A stretch of 64,000 nt of DNA from Ophelia neglecta (taxonomy: Eukaryota): the NCBI GenBank assembly GCA_965285935.1, contig OZ260662.1, positions 25,420,001 through 25,484,000 on the forward strand. The letters are read 5' to 3'. A program made the position numbers and the translations under genes. Of this stretch, positions 28,201 to 40,200 are shown in pieces. The notes beneath the pieces were generated by a model. That model was given only the letters and a program-made list of their open reading frames with translations, was not told where the DNA came from and made no database searches. Position 1 is the first letter of the stretch, and each line of letters opens with the position of its first letter.

Positions 28201-31123
28201 CTTTAAATTCATAAAAATCCTCTAGTTCAAAATGATATATATACAAGTATACATTTAGTTCTTCATACATATATATATGGTTCAAACCTACAGCTGGATT
28301 GTCAGTGAAAAACTAAGAGAATCTTAAGGAGGCTAATACCCATTCATCTCAGCCCTTCCCGCCCACCCCCCACAGCCCCCATTTAGCTTTCTATCAAATT
28401 AACCCACCTTTAAACTGGATGGATATCTGTACGTTTTAGAACAAAGTGAGCAATTAGAACATGCAGCAGTTTTAGGTTTTTTATCATCTTCGTGATTCTT
28501 GGAAACAGATGTCCTTCCCTTGGCTGATGGCAGGGTGTTTTGCACGTTGTTTTCTCGGCTAATCGCGGCTGATTCTGTCGTATTTTCTCTTGCAGCTGCT
28601 GCCGATGGTGAGGCTGGACATAATTGTTTTCCTTGAACATTTTCCTCCTCTGACAGTCCAGGAATCTCTGTTTGATTATCTCCATCACCTTCAGGAGGAA
28701 TATCCTCTAGAAAGGGAAACAGAACGTATACCAACAAAATTCTACTGAATCCCTTAAATAGCTCAACAGATTTAATTAAGCACTAGTCACTTGATACATC
28801 TAGACTCTATGTTTATAAAGTTTACATTGAAGGTAACATTTATACAATAAATTTAATAATTTTTCCAACATTCAAAGATTATTCATAAATGATTTCTAAA
28901 AATGCATTTATAATGTGTTTAATTATTCAAGTTACATATATATTTCGTATTAATGCTACTACAGATCCTGGAAAGACAGCCAATAGGTCCCAACCAAGAT
29001 TCTCCTATTGCAAAATGTTTAATCCATTTAGACATACATATTTTACTTCAAGTTAAAAATGAATGGCGTTTTTGTTCTCCTATATGCATTATTTGAATAA
29101 GACAAATATCTGACAAACAAGTTTATGAAAAGTCTGTTTATCCTATAAATACCTGATCGTTTAGCAATTTTCCCGTTTGGTCTGCAATGGTTTCTTTTGT
29201 TCCTAAACCACATGGCAACTTGTTCTCTTCTTATCTTATACAATAAGAATGAAATCAAACGTTAAAATGAATCCTTTAATTTAGCCTACATGAACATGAA
29301 TTAAAAATATAAAATAACAGAAATGAAAAACTGTATCGCTCAACTCTCACCACACCAACAGTCTGCAGTCAACCTTTTTAAATGACATGAATATGTAGAT
29401 GTATATTTACTGTACTACTTTTGAAGAATGATAGAAATTCTATGAAAATGTACACACTGTATATACCCGTTATACTGTACACATACTGTATATCCTGGAC
29501 ATGTATATCTCCACACAAATTCTGATAATTATGTCACTTTTATTCACTGAAATTAATTTAAAAAAAGTGACCCGTACTGTAGTGTACTTGTCATTACCTC
29601 GTGCCCCTGTTGCCATATTTGAAAAGTTATCAAATCATACTGGTCAGCTGAGGGCAACCGATTCTTGGAAAATGCTTCACACAACATAGCTTTAACACCA
29701 GCAGAAAGCCTTAATTGTTTTTTGGCCTCACCATTTCCTTTGGGGTCAGTTTGAACTGACCCCATTAGAAGCTCATCCATTAAAGATTTGCCTTGAAAAT
29801 GAAAAATATGTTAAACAGTACCGACTACATTGTTTCAATCCTGATCAATATCTTGCATTAATTAGCAAAGACAAATAAAATATCTTTTAAATAAGCAGCT
29901 AATGGATGGAGAAAAATAAAGAGGATGCAAATAGTGGCCAAGACATTTTAGGTCATACAATTGCAATGAAATAAAATTCAATAATTCAAGTAAAAATGTA
30001 CTGCATAATATTCTTCTCTTCCTGTTTTACATTTTTGTTATATATATCCTTGGAAATATATATCCATACCACACATTTCTCTGCTAAGTATAAAAAAAAA
30101 TAAACCTACCCAGTTGTTTGTCAAATCTGAACACTATGAGAAGGAGACAGAGTTTTTCAACCAGTGATTTACCAATAACAGGGAACGGACTGTCCCTGTA
30201 CTTCTGAAACACATTGTTCTTTTTCTCCATTCTCAAGAAAATTTGCAGGCATTTAAGGTCAATTTTGTTCATTTGAAAATATGACATTGTCAATGCTCTC
30301 AGTTCATTCTGAGGAGTTCTGAAACAAATATTTATAAGGTATTAACATTAGTAAGCCGATAGAACGTGTTGATGTCATGTATTTTTACCCGGTATATACT
30401 ATAGGGGGGGGCAGGGGGGTGGGGGGTGGGCGGTGGGGATGGATACCGGGGTATCAACTCCCTGGATGCAGTTTACAAAAATCAAGGAGATCCCAAGTCA
30501 CTTTCCATTAAAAATCATGATGTTCCTTGTAATTGAAAATAAGTAATGTCTGGCATCCTGATAAACTGAAACAATAAATGCCTAAATACAACCAAATAAA
30601 CACAGCATTCCCCATCAAATCCCCCTTTATATTAAAACACCAAACTGTATCTGATTATGCCTTTAAATAAGAATTAATTGCTATAATACTTATTATTCAT
30701 TTTAAATTCACTTTGTTCATTATTTAATAGACAGACAAGGAGTAAAATGTTCTTAATTTCTACTGAAATGAACATCTGATAGAGCAGACGTCTTGTTTTG
30801 GGAGGTTGCAGACTTGTATCTAATATCACTCACCTGACCATTTGAGAGAGCAGACCCCTGGTTTTAGGAGGCAGCTGACTTATGTTTATTTTCAGTGCTT
30901 TTACATCTACCAGCTGATCCAGAACATTGGCACCAATTTCTTCATTCAACCCTTTGTCCTTTATCACTAATGGTTTATGTCCTCTTGGGGTGCTTGAATT
31001 ACTTTCAGCAGACACCTCGCTGGTGGGATTTACTGAATGTTCACTATGATGGTCTGTGGTATATGGTTCTGTCAACGGACCACCATATTTCTTCCTTTTT
31101 CCACATTTCACAATTCCATCCAT
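22204..31123 (-). CDS. Atypical homeodomain + 8x C2H2 zinc-finger transcription factor (~832 aa)
   Basis: GT-AG exons (minus): 30834-31123, 30173-30318, 29598-29791, 29153-29234, 28408-28706, 27954-28080, 27278-27405, 24820-24963, 24542-24651, 23981-24083, 22204-23079; total 2499 nt in frame. Homeodomain-like LCEAFSKNRLPS...EQVAMWFRNKR; eight CxxC-x12-H-x3/4-H fingers from CSLCSKTYRYPSSLKYHQRAVH to CEECDIAFRLKDYYSMHRRRYH. The start codon and N-terminal exons are less certain than the finger exons. Confidence 0.82.
23312..23778. mobile_element. Probable non-autonomous TIR element (MITE-like)
   Basis: Imperfect terminal inverted repeat AGGGTATATTCCAATT / AACTAGAATATACCCT with a GC-richer interior. 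No clean TSD. Confidence 0.45.
25268..25460. mobile_element. 193-bp MITE, CAGTG termini, 6-bp TSD (hAT-like)
   Basis: Perfect 14-bp TIR CAGTGATTCATTTA / TAAATGAATCACTG, flanked by direct repeat AACCAG (25262-25267 and 25461-25466). Internal GGACTCA/TGAGTCC motifs. Confidence 0.8.
25803..26409. mobile_element. Degenerate DNA-element-like repeat with CGAATTTTCGA arrays
   Basis: ~26-bp tandem AAACTCGAATTTTCGAATGCAGGTAT at ~26000-26153. Weak inverted similarity of the ends (GCTGGCAGA...GGCGC...AATTTTCAAGT). Confidence 0.4.
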
Positions 31124-34081
31124 GCTGAGATCATTGGCTTTCCGAGCAAGTCTTTTAAGTTATTTGTATCACTTCAAGTAGGGACTTCATAGCCAGTTGG
31201 GTTTTTAAACATGATAATTCCTAGTCACTCCGTCTCATAAACAAACACTAAATTGCTTGAGCTTTCTGACATCTTTGTTTAGTCCCCCAGAGATCTGGTG
31301 GATCTGCAAAAAAAAAAATTGATATCAAGAAATAGGAGCTAGCATATGGTTATTCCATTCTTCTATTGCTGAGAGTGTATGGGCAAGCTCAAGAAGTCAG
31401 AACCCAATGGGAAGACCTTGTTATCAAACGATATTTCATAACTAGTGGGAAATTCAGCAAATGATGATTGACTTAATTATCAACATTGCAGTGGTGCCAT
31501 GATGACATGTGTGATTTACCCAGTTATTATAAATATAAATCAATGGACCCCTTTTATTACCTGATTTAATTGGATGAAATTTTTTATATGTTTAATTACA
31601 TTTTTCAGATACAAAATTTTCCAAACAACATAACTAGTGCTAAACTAAATATCTGACCATCATGCATCAGAAGCTTTGTAGTTGATGTGCGCATTTTAGT
31701 TCCCTTGATTATCATGTGAAAGTACTATAACATGACACCATTTTTTTCCTGGTTTTGATTTGGGTCCTTCACTTTGAATATGCTCAATGTTTCATAGCAC
31801 TATTAATCTTTTATTTCTCTAATTAGTTATGTTTTGAGCATGTTTAACAATAGATATCTTGTACATGATCTTCCAGGCAGTTATTCACCACTGACTTGTA
31901 TACACTGTTTACAGTATCATTGGCAGCATGGACTTGGAAAAGGCTAAAGTTGGGAAACTAATATAAGCAGATCAACAGCCGGTTGATGCTTAATTCTTGA
32001 TTTTGATATGGTGCTGCATATTTAGGATGTTGGTCAAGAATTATTATGTGACTTGCTTTAATACCCCAGCGTGGATAGAGAACTAGCTTAAAACAGAGCA
32101 AAATCTTGAGCTCCAAAAACAAGCCCAAGTTTAGGCAAAAAGTGCACAAAAATCGACCCAGGCAGTGCCTCACCCGCCCCCAGTACCAAGCTGGTCGGTT
32201 GGACCTAGAAATGGCAAATAACCTGCTAGAAGGGATCTATGCAAAACAAATACTGAACACTGGCACAGACATTGCTGACAAGTTCAGGCCATTAGGCAAT
32301 ACCTTGGAGTCGAACTTCAACTTTAATATGTACCAAACTTTTCAAATGTTGTACTCTCATTTTCAGATAAACTTATGACAAGAATATATACCAATTGTGT
32401 TTTAATACCAAAGATATTTCATAATTCAAATACTTAAAATCAAACAGTCAGTAATTGCTAGATAATAGGGGCCTGACAAAGGCTGTTAATCTCCTTGTAA
32501 TCTGCTACCATCGTTAGCAAGTCTGTGATCTTGGCATTTGACAATGTGAGACCTATTGCAATCTTTCCATTTTAACCCTTATGATCTCTATGATATGAAT
32601 GTTTGTTAGTATGTTTGTTTGTTTGCAACAACTACAAGTAGTATAATAATGCAGCCAGACCGGGTCCTGGTCAGGCTTTCAATTGTTGTCATTCTGGTTA
32701 TTATTTGTCCCTGTTTAAGATGCCAACTATTAAGTGTTTGGTGTGGCAACTGGCAGTCTTATATAACCTGAAGTAAAATTCTACACAGGGACACTACATC
32801 TAACCTCTGCAGGACACATGACACTGGGTACCAGAGTCAACAGGGCCAGCCTCTGGGCTCCAGCCACTGGCCAGGGACACCAACCTTTAGGGTGGACTCT
32901 ACCTACAATGATCTTCCATCTCTGCCAGTAAATCCTACTTTTATTATGTGTACTGTATTCTTTTTAACAAGTACCCACCCCCTCCTTTCTGTCAGAATCT
33001 TTCCATTTTGACTATTTTCACTACATTTGTGGGGGGCTTTGGGCATAAACATGCCACATAAATGTTGAAGCGCCTTTGGCGCTTATTACCCAGAATACAG
33101 TAATTTATTCATTATTTAGGGAGTTCTCATCATTAATTTTCATGACCCACTCCAGGTATGAACATGGATCTCTATTGGGTGTATAATTTGGATGGTCACA
33201 TTCACATTCTTTCCAATTCTGTAACCAACATATTGAGCTCTTGTGGAAGGTTGTCAGCCTAGTTATTAACCTTAGAGGAACAGGGTAGCACTTCTTCTCT
33301 GAACATAATATGAAAATGTTTGTCTTTTGGCTTTATATGAGAAATGTTTGCACTGAATTTGGATCTTTTCAGCGACTTTGCGGCCGTCACTCTGCACTGT
33401 GCCTAGTATAGTTTACCACTCTGCACTGCACCCAGTAGTTTTAATGATACCTCAGTAGAAAAACCATTGCTGTGTTACTGCAGCGCTAGGGCTGTAGTTT
33501 GGTTTCTTTAGTCACTTGCTCACTAGGCTTTTGCAAGGCTAGTTTGAAGCTAGACCCCCCCCCCCCCCCCACTCCTTCACTGATGGAACTAAAAACCCGT
33601 GAATGCTTCCCCCCCCCCTTGTCATTGTCAAAAAAATTTTGGCCATGTCGCTTCCCATTTTAACCGCCCCACCCCCCCTCCCTCCCACACACACCGGAAC
33701 ACTCCCAAACGATTCCCTCCCAAACAGCTGTAGATTTAGACCACACAAACAGATGATGAAATAGGCTATGGGAAAGGCATCCCATTTCAATGAATTCGAA
33801 CCTAAAATGAGCAAACATCGTTCAGTATAAATTACATGGATACCACTTTTGTGTTAGTTTACCGAAACAGCAACAATTACAAACTGTCACTTGAAAATGG
33901 TCCCTTAACTGACCTACCGAATGCACATGCATTAATTCTAAAGAATTTTTTTTTTCGTCCGTCCACTTGCAAACACAGGAGAAAAATAGAGTGCGTTACG
34001 CTCTAACGTGGTCTAAAAGCAACGATAAGAAAATATCACTATTATTTGAATATTTTGTATACAGCAATAATAAGACGTTAC

Positions 34082-34290
34082 CTATTTCAAAAAAGTGGAA
34101 AATAAATGCCTTTTATTACACCTTTATCACAAATTAGCTAATAATAGGCTTTCTTAGTTTTAGTCGTGCTAACAATCGCGCACGCGCGAATCGGCCGGAT
34201 GTTATAGTCTAGTCGTGCTTGGTTGGTGTGTTTGGTAGTTTCGTGCCGATATTCATAAGTGTCTATAGAAATATTTTGCGAAAGCTTCAT
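34082..34290. promoter_or_regulatory. Probable bidirectional promoter between the HD-ZF gene and DDI1, with an NRF1/Ewg-type palindrome
   Basis: CpG-richer segment just upstream of the DDI1 ATG (34292). CGCGCACGCGCG at 34177-34188 fits YGCGCAYGCGCR. A minus-strand donor (AG|GTAACG, 34082/34081) and an acceptor near 31304 suggest a non-coding first exon for the HD-ZF gene. Confidence 0.5.
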
Positions 34291-34291
34291 C

Positions 34292-37200
34292 ATGAAAATT
34301 ACAGTAACCACCTTGGGCGATGACATTTTCACGCTAGATGTTAGCGAGGATATGGAACTGGAGAATTTTAAAGCCCTTTGCGAGTTTGAATGCGGCATAT
34401 CATCCACCGAGATCGCTGTTGTTTGGAATGGCAGGCCGCTTCACGATGACAAACGTAAATTAGGCGACTACGGCATTCATGACGGGGAAGTTTTGTTATT
34501 GCAGAGAATCAGTGGAGCAATGGGCCAGCCGTCAGCTGGGAGACCACAAACCACCCCACAGACACAGCCGGCTACTGGAGCTCCTACCATACCTGGATGT
34601 AAGATATTCAACTGTTCCACTGGTTCCAACCGGGGGGAGAAGGGGGGGGGGTAGGATTATGGTCTCAAACTAAGTGAAAAGGTTGAATGTAAATTTACGT
34701 GAGTGTTGCCAAAATCAGGCCTAGTTTGACACTATTATATGACACCTTTTTAACAGGGCTTAATCAAGCATCAATGATCGTATTAAGCATTATGGTATGG
34801 CAGTGGTTACGTTCGCGGACGTTCCGCCGACGTAACATGCAGGTTATTTTCACGGACCTTCCGCGTGGGGAACTCGCCGGTTATATTTGCGGACTAACGT
34901 TACTGTTGTTCGTTGCTGCCAAGGTGTTTGAGGTACCGCCGATTTAGCCATTTATCACTATTTATGCGGACTTCACATAGCACGCCGGCTCGTTTTAGTT
35001 GCAGGTCGTTACGATCGGAACTGATTAGGTTAAATACATTGCCCTCAATAACATCATATCTTTGCTAAAAAGCAGGAAGCTATGTGGTCTGATTTAGGCG
35101 TAAGCTAGCTATTTGGTTATCTTTTTGATAACAAGGTCCTCTTTTGCATGTGCCGGGGATCAGCAATTATTTGATCAATAAAAAGCAGTCCACTTTTTTA
35201 ACAGTGGAATTTATTTATATTAGCTCGGGGAGCGAATGTCCATCCAAGAAAAAATGACTTAAAGCAACACCATATTTAATCTCCCCATCTAATTCCGTGT
35301 TAAACACAAGGCAAAGTGCTGTGGAAGTTTATGATTAAGAAATGAATGCTTGGCCATTTCGTCAATGCATCTATGACAACATATGATTAAGACGTAAATA
35401 TAATACACGTAGGAAGGAAGAAATGGCGCAAAACGCAAATATATAGGATTCATATAACTAGAGCCGCAAATGTCTTCGTTGTACACAACAATCCTTGCAA
35501 CAAATTGATTGCAATCGTAAAGTTGTTTAACAAAAACTGTGCGAACAAAATCATTTTCCTTGTCCAAGTAGGCTACTATAAACCACAACGGCTTACCCGT
35601 CAAATGATTCTCTGCTTTTTTTAGTATCAATACAAATTGGCATTCCATGTTCTTGAACCTACCTCCCCCCTCCCCCCCCCCCCCCCATTTCGATAAATCC
35701 ATTGGAATCAACTGCGATCAGCCTTTCAATGGTGCCATACATTTCAATGTGCTCCAGTTTCACCCTTTGATCTTACCGCCACAACTGAGTTCTCATGAAG
35801 CTTTATGAGCACGTGTTTTGACCGGGCGTTCTCCAGCGGAGGATTCACGGACAAACATTTCATCTTCATAAATATGCAAGCTCATTTTTACGTGGCTATA
35901 TTTAGAATGATTAACATAAGCTTACAAGGAAAAACATTTTCCATAGTTTTTTTTGCTGGTAGGCAGGCCGGCAGGCCTATGACTGGGCCTATGTTTAGTG
36001 TGACAGGGAGTGACCTCACAGCATGGAACAGCTGCCATTTGCTATTTCGGAACTGTACACACTGGAAAGTACCAATTAAGTTGATGCTGTCCCTCCTCAT
36101 AACTGTACAACTAGGAGAAGTGAACGCTTATGGGGCGGGGAGGAGGAGGAGTGGTTATTAAGTGCACCGAAACACATAGCCGCGACTCAAGTCATGTCGT
36201 AAGGGATTCGGATACCTTGCCGCTAAGAATATCAATCAGTGTAGAATAACCTGTTGTCGATTCCGCGAGATTATATCAGATATAACCTTGCTCCCAAGAT
36301 CAGTCCGCGAAAAAAAACCTAACGCCCTTATCAGCTGACATCGCAAAATTCAGCGGAAGGTCCGCGAAAATAACCTGCCGCCAAAATCAGCGGTAGGTCC
36401 GCGAAAATAACCTGCATGTTACGTCGGCGGAACATCCGCGAACGTAACCACTGCCTTATGGTATTATGCCTAAATGAAAATTAAAGGCACATGCCTGTTT
36501 TTACAATTATGTTGTCTTTTTTTCACAGACGTAATATTTCATGATATAAAACAAACTGCGGGACCAAATTTCAAGATTGTTACACCCCACACATATTCTA
36601 TGGGAATTGATTTCGCAAGATAAACTGTGTAAGCTTCCAAGATTCGCCCAGCAGCAGAGCATCATTTTTTTTTTACGAGGTATTTTGGCCCCAAAATATA
36701 GTCTGAGCACAATTTTTGTCCAGGAAAACGCTATAGGACATGAAGTCCATCATTGGACCTGCCCAGGCTGAGGCTGTTGGGCTACTTTGTTCAAATAAGG
36801 ATACAACCCCTAGCTTTGTGAATTATCTGGTTCATTAATGACAGCAATTTCTGCAGTTCCAACAATCCTAAGTAAGAAATCAAAAAAATAGTCTATTACA
36901 TTTTCTAAATAGGTACTACTGAATATTTTGCACACAGCAAACAATTTCACCCACTTCTCTTCAATGTTAGTTTCTTTGGGAGAAGAGTTTGTTTAAAAAT
37001 GAGGTAGAGAGTTCTGTGTAGGACCCATATAAAGTGGCTTAGGGCTCCTCTACTTTGCAAATATGGTTATAGATTATCCCAGAACCTAGTGGCAAAGGGA
37101 ATGAGTTAGAATATGATTATACCCATGGAAAAATAAGACAATCCAGGTGTTTTGGTTAATATTGGCCCTACTTCTTGGCTGGGAGGCAAGTCAAGTAACC

Positions 37201-40200
37201 AATTTATGTTGAATTTGGTATTTAGCATGATTGATTTGTGGTCTGACAGGGTAGGCCATCTGTGTTCTCTTAAAAAGGCATTTCATTTTGTTGTTCTGGC
37301 CTCAGTGAAGGCTATTGCAGTGTCTGATTGTGTTCTAGTTGGTTAGTCAGTTCTTTATGCAGTTGTCAAAGCAGATCTATCATCTATGTTAGCAAACCAA
37401 GCTAGTGTTGGACAAATTGGAATTTAGCTCCTTTCTTCGTTCCAGCTTTTGGGTTGCTGGTTTAAATGTATTAATATGTATATGGTACCAGTACAATGAA
37501 ACCTGCCTTAAAGGCCACCTCTATATTCAGATCACCTGTCATTTCAGACCACTGATATGAAGACCATTTTAACATTAACCATCAAATAACCTGTGTAAAC
37601 AGACTACCTCTATAATCAGACCAGTATTTTCCAGTACCTCGTATGGTCATAATCCCAGGTTTAGCTGTACTGTAGTTAAGACCTAATATTTGATGCTATT
37701 GTGCTATATTTTGACAGTCTGATATAGATAAGTGCTGTTAATAGCTGGTATCATTGATGATAGACCCTTGACTTGTTTCTGTATCTTGTATGTATTGGTG
37801 GGTATTTGTGCCCTGTCTAGACACTCAAGGCTGGACTTTGTAAGTTATAAATAGTGTTTTTGTTGTCCTACACTGGAGATCTCTTGTTTGTTTTGATTCC
37901 AGTCCAATATACTGGTACTGTTGTTATATAACCTTAATGATCATGACCTGTGTCCAGTGAAGGCTGACACAGTGACTGAGAACCAGGGCCACAGCCATGT
38001 TTATCATATTGGTAACAGAGCCATGGACACTTTTGAATTTTATACAACATCATCACTTAACTTTATAACTCTGGCAGGATGAATATCATTTCATCTGTGT
38101 ACATATCCAACCATAACGTTAAAAAAAAAGAAATTTTAGAACTTTGCAAACTACATAAAAAGGGTTTAACTATGTTTTATGGAATCTACTATCTTGTACT
38201 ATTATACATGGAAGAATAAAACTTTATGTATTATCATCTTTATTACCTGTTATTCTAATCTAATTTATGTGTTGATATGATATTTATATATGATATTTGC
38301 CATTCCAGTTCCGATGATAGATTTTGGGAGTATAGAGATGCCGGGGGGAGCTGGCCCCTCGCGTGCTCCCAGCCAGAGACCTGCGGCCAGTGGGGGTCTC
38401 TCCGACGACCCCGCCACCCTGAGAGAGATGCTCCTTGCTAGCCCCCATGATGTAGCCCTCCTCAAGGAGAGAAACCCACCGCTGGCTGAGGCACTACTCA
38501 GTGGAAGTCTAGGTAAAAAACATGAAATAACCAACCCCTGCTGTTTACAAAGTTATAAACAAGTTCTGCTCAGGTGCAATGAAAAATGAAATTAATTATT
38601 TACTTACTTAAAACATTTTACGTCATGATGTGTCATTAATCCTTATTTCCTGAATTTCTAAATCTCAATCGTATATCTAGTACAAAAGCCATATCATAAA
38701 AGTGTATTTTCATTATGCCCAAAGGGTTACAAGTTTGCAAGAAAAAATAGTGGCACTAGTGAGGGACATATGTCTAGCACACATTCAAACATAAGCTTAG
38801 AATTCCGCTGAACAGTGGGGTGGGGGTGTCAACATTTAGTGTTATGTTCTGTTATGCCAGAGTGTGTTCCATCAGGTGTTTGTTGAACACAATTATATAT
38901 TAGATTTGTTTAATTATATCATAATGTCCTTGGATTAAAACAGTAGTTTATATGCTGTCTTAAGACAATTTATATATGATTAAGTTAATTTATGTACCAT
39001 GTCATGCAGGGAGCAAAATAAATAAAATCAACATTACAAACAAAATGGACCAGTTTTGAAATACGCCAGATTTGTACATGATGTTAGCTAATCAAAATGG
39101 TGTCAAGGATGTTTACATTCAGTATTACCTGTCTGAACAGATGTCTCTAGAACATGGGATGTTTTGTTTAGGGAAGGATGTTTCAATACACAAATGATAA
39201 ACAGCTGGCTTTTATCATGCTATGCTGGTGTATATTTTGTGTATAGTTGGTCAGGCATTATTCAATATGACCTAAAAAACAGTACATTGTAGTTTGACAA
39301 TGTGTTGAGAAAAAATAAACCAATTAAAAACTTTGAAATTCATAACAAGACATATGTATATCATATTGAAGGAATCCATATGTAAAAAAAAAACTATAAA
39401 CATGCTGCCAGTAGATGTACATTGATGACAGATTGACTTGACAATAAGTGTGTCAGTCTAGAGTAAGTTGTTTTTGTGACAATGTAAACTTGTAAATTCT
39501 GCTTCAATCTTTTAGCTTACTAGATAACCTGTGATTGGCTGAGCAAGCTTCTTAAATTAGAATATTCAAAGCCACAATCAGAATGGCTGTCATATATAGT
39601 TCTGGTGCACTACTCAGGAAATTTATCAGATAGTAAAAATAGGTATTTTGATTGTGGGTGATTGAGCGGACAATGAAAGGGGATGGGGCAGGGTGGGACA
39701 AGACATTGGTCTTACAAATTGGGAAAATAGTAGAGCAAATACTGTGAGGTAGGAGGTAAGAATACTTAATGAGTGTATACATGTATATATACTACGTCCA
39801 TCACTGCCAGCCTGGATCTGGTATTTTGACCATTCGCCAGAAGTTTCCCAAATGAGATGCAGAACTAGTTACATCTTAACCCGAGCAGCTTCTCAGTCAC
39901 CCAGAGCCCGGTGAAACAATCGTAGCGTGTCACAAAATCCTGAAAACCTGGGTGACCGAACGATAGATCATTTCATCATCCTAGTTGAAACACCATTGAA
40001 ACATTCATCATGATTATATTTTATTTCAGAAAAATTCACTGATGTGCTAAAAAAGCAGCAACAAGAAAAAAATGATCGAGAAAGAGACAGAATACGTCTT
40101 CTCAATGCAGATCCATTTGACCCCGATGTACAGGACAAAATTGCCGAGGAAATCAGGTATATTTTCTATTTTTTAACAACTAACATCTATATTATGGGTT

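Noticed and set aside
33901-33918. TCCCTTAAC...AC resembling a U12 branch site and acceptor on the plus strand
   Set aside because: No matching RTATCCTT donor or upstream plus-strand exon was found; it lies upstream of the likely DDI1 promoter.
35289-36161. ORFs of 140 and 118 aa inside the TIR element as a transposase
   Set aside because: No DDE or DNA-binding motifs recognised; low-complexity, noise-like composition.
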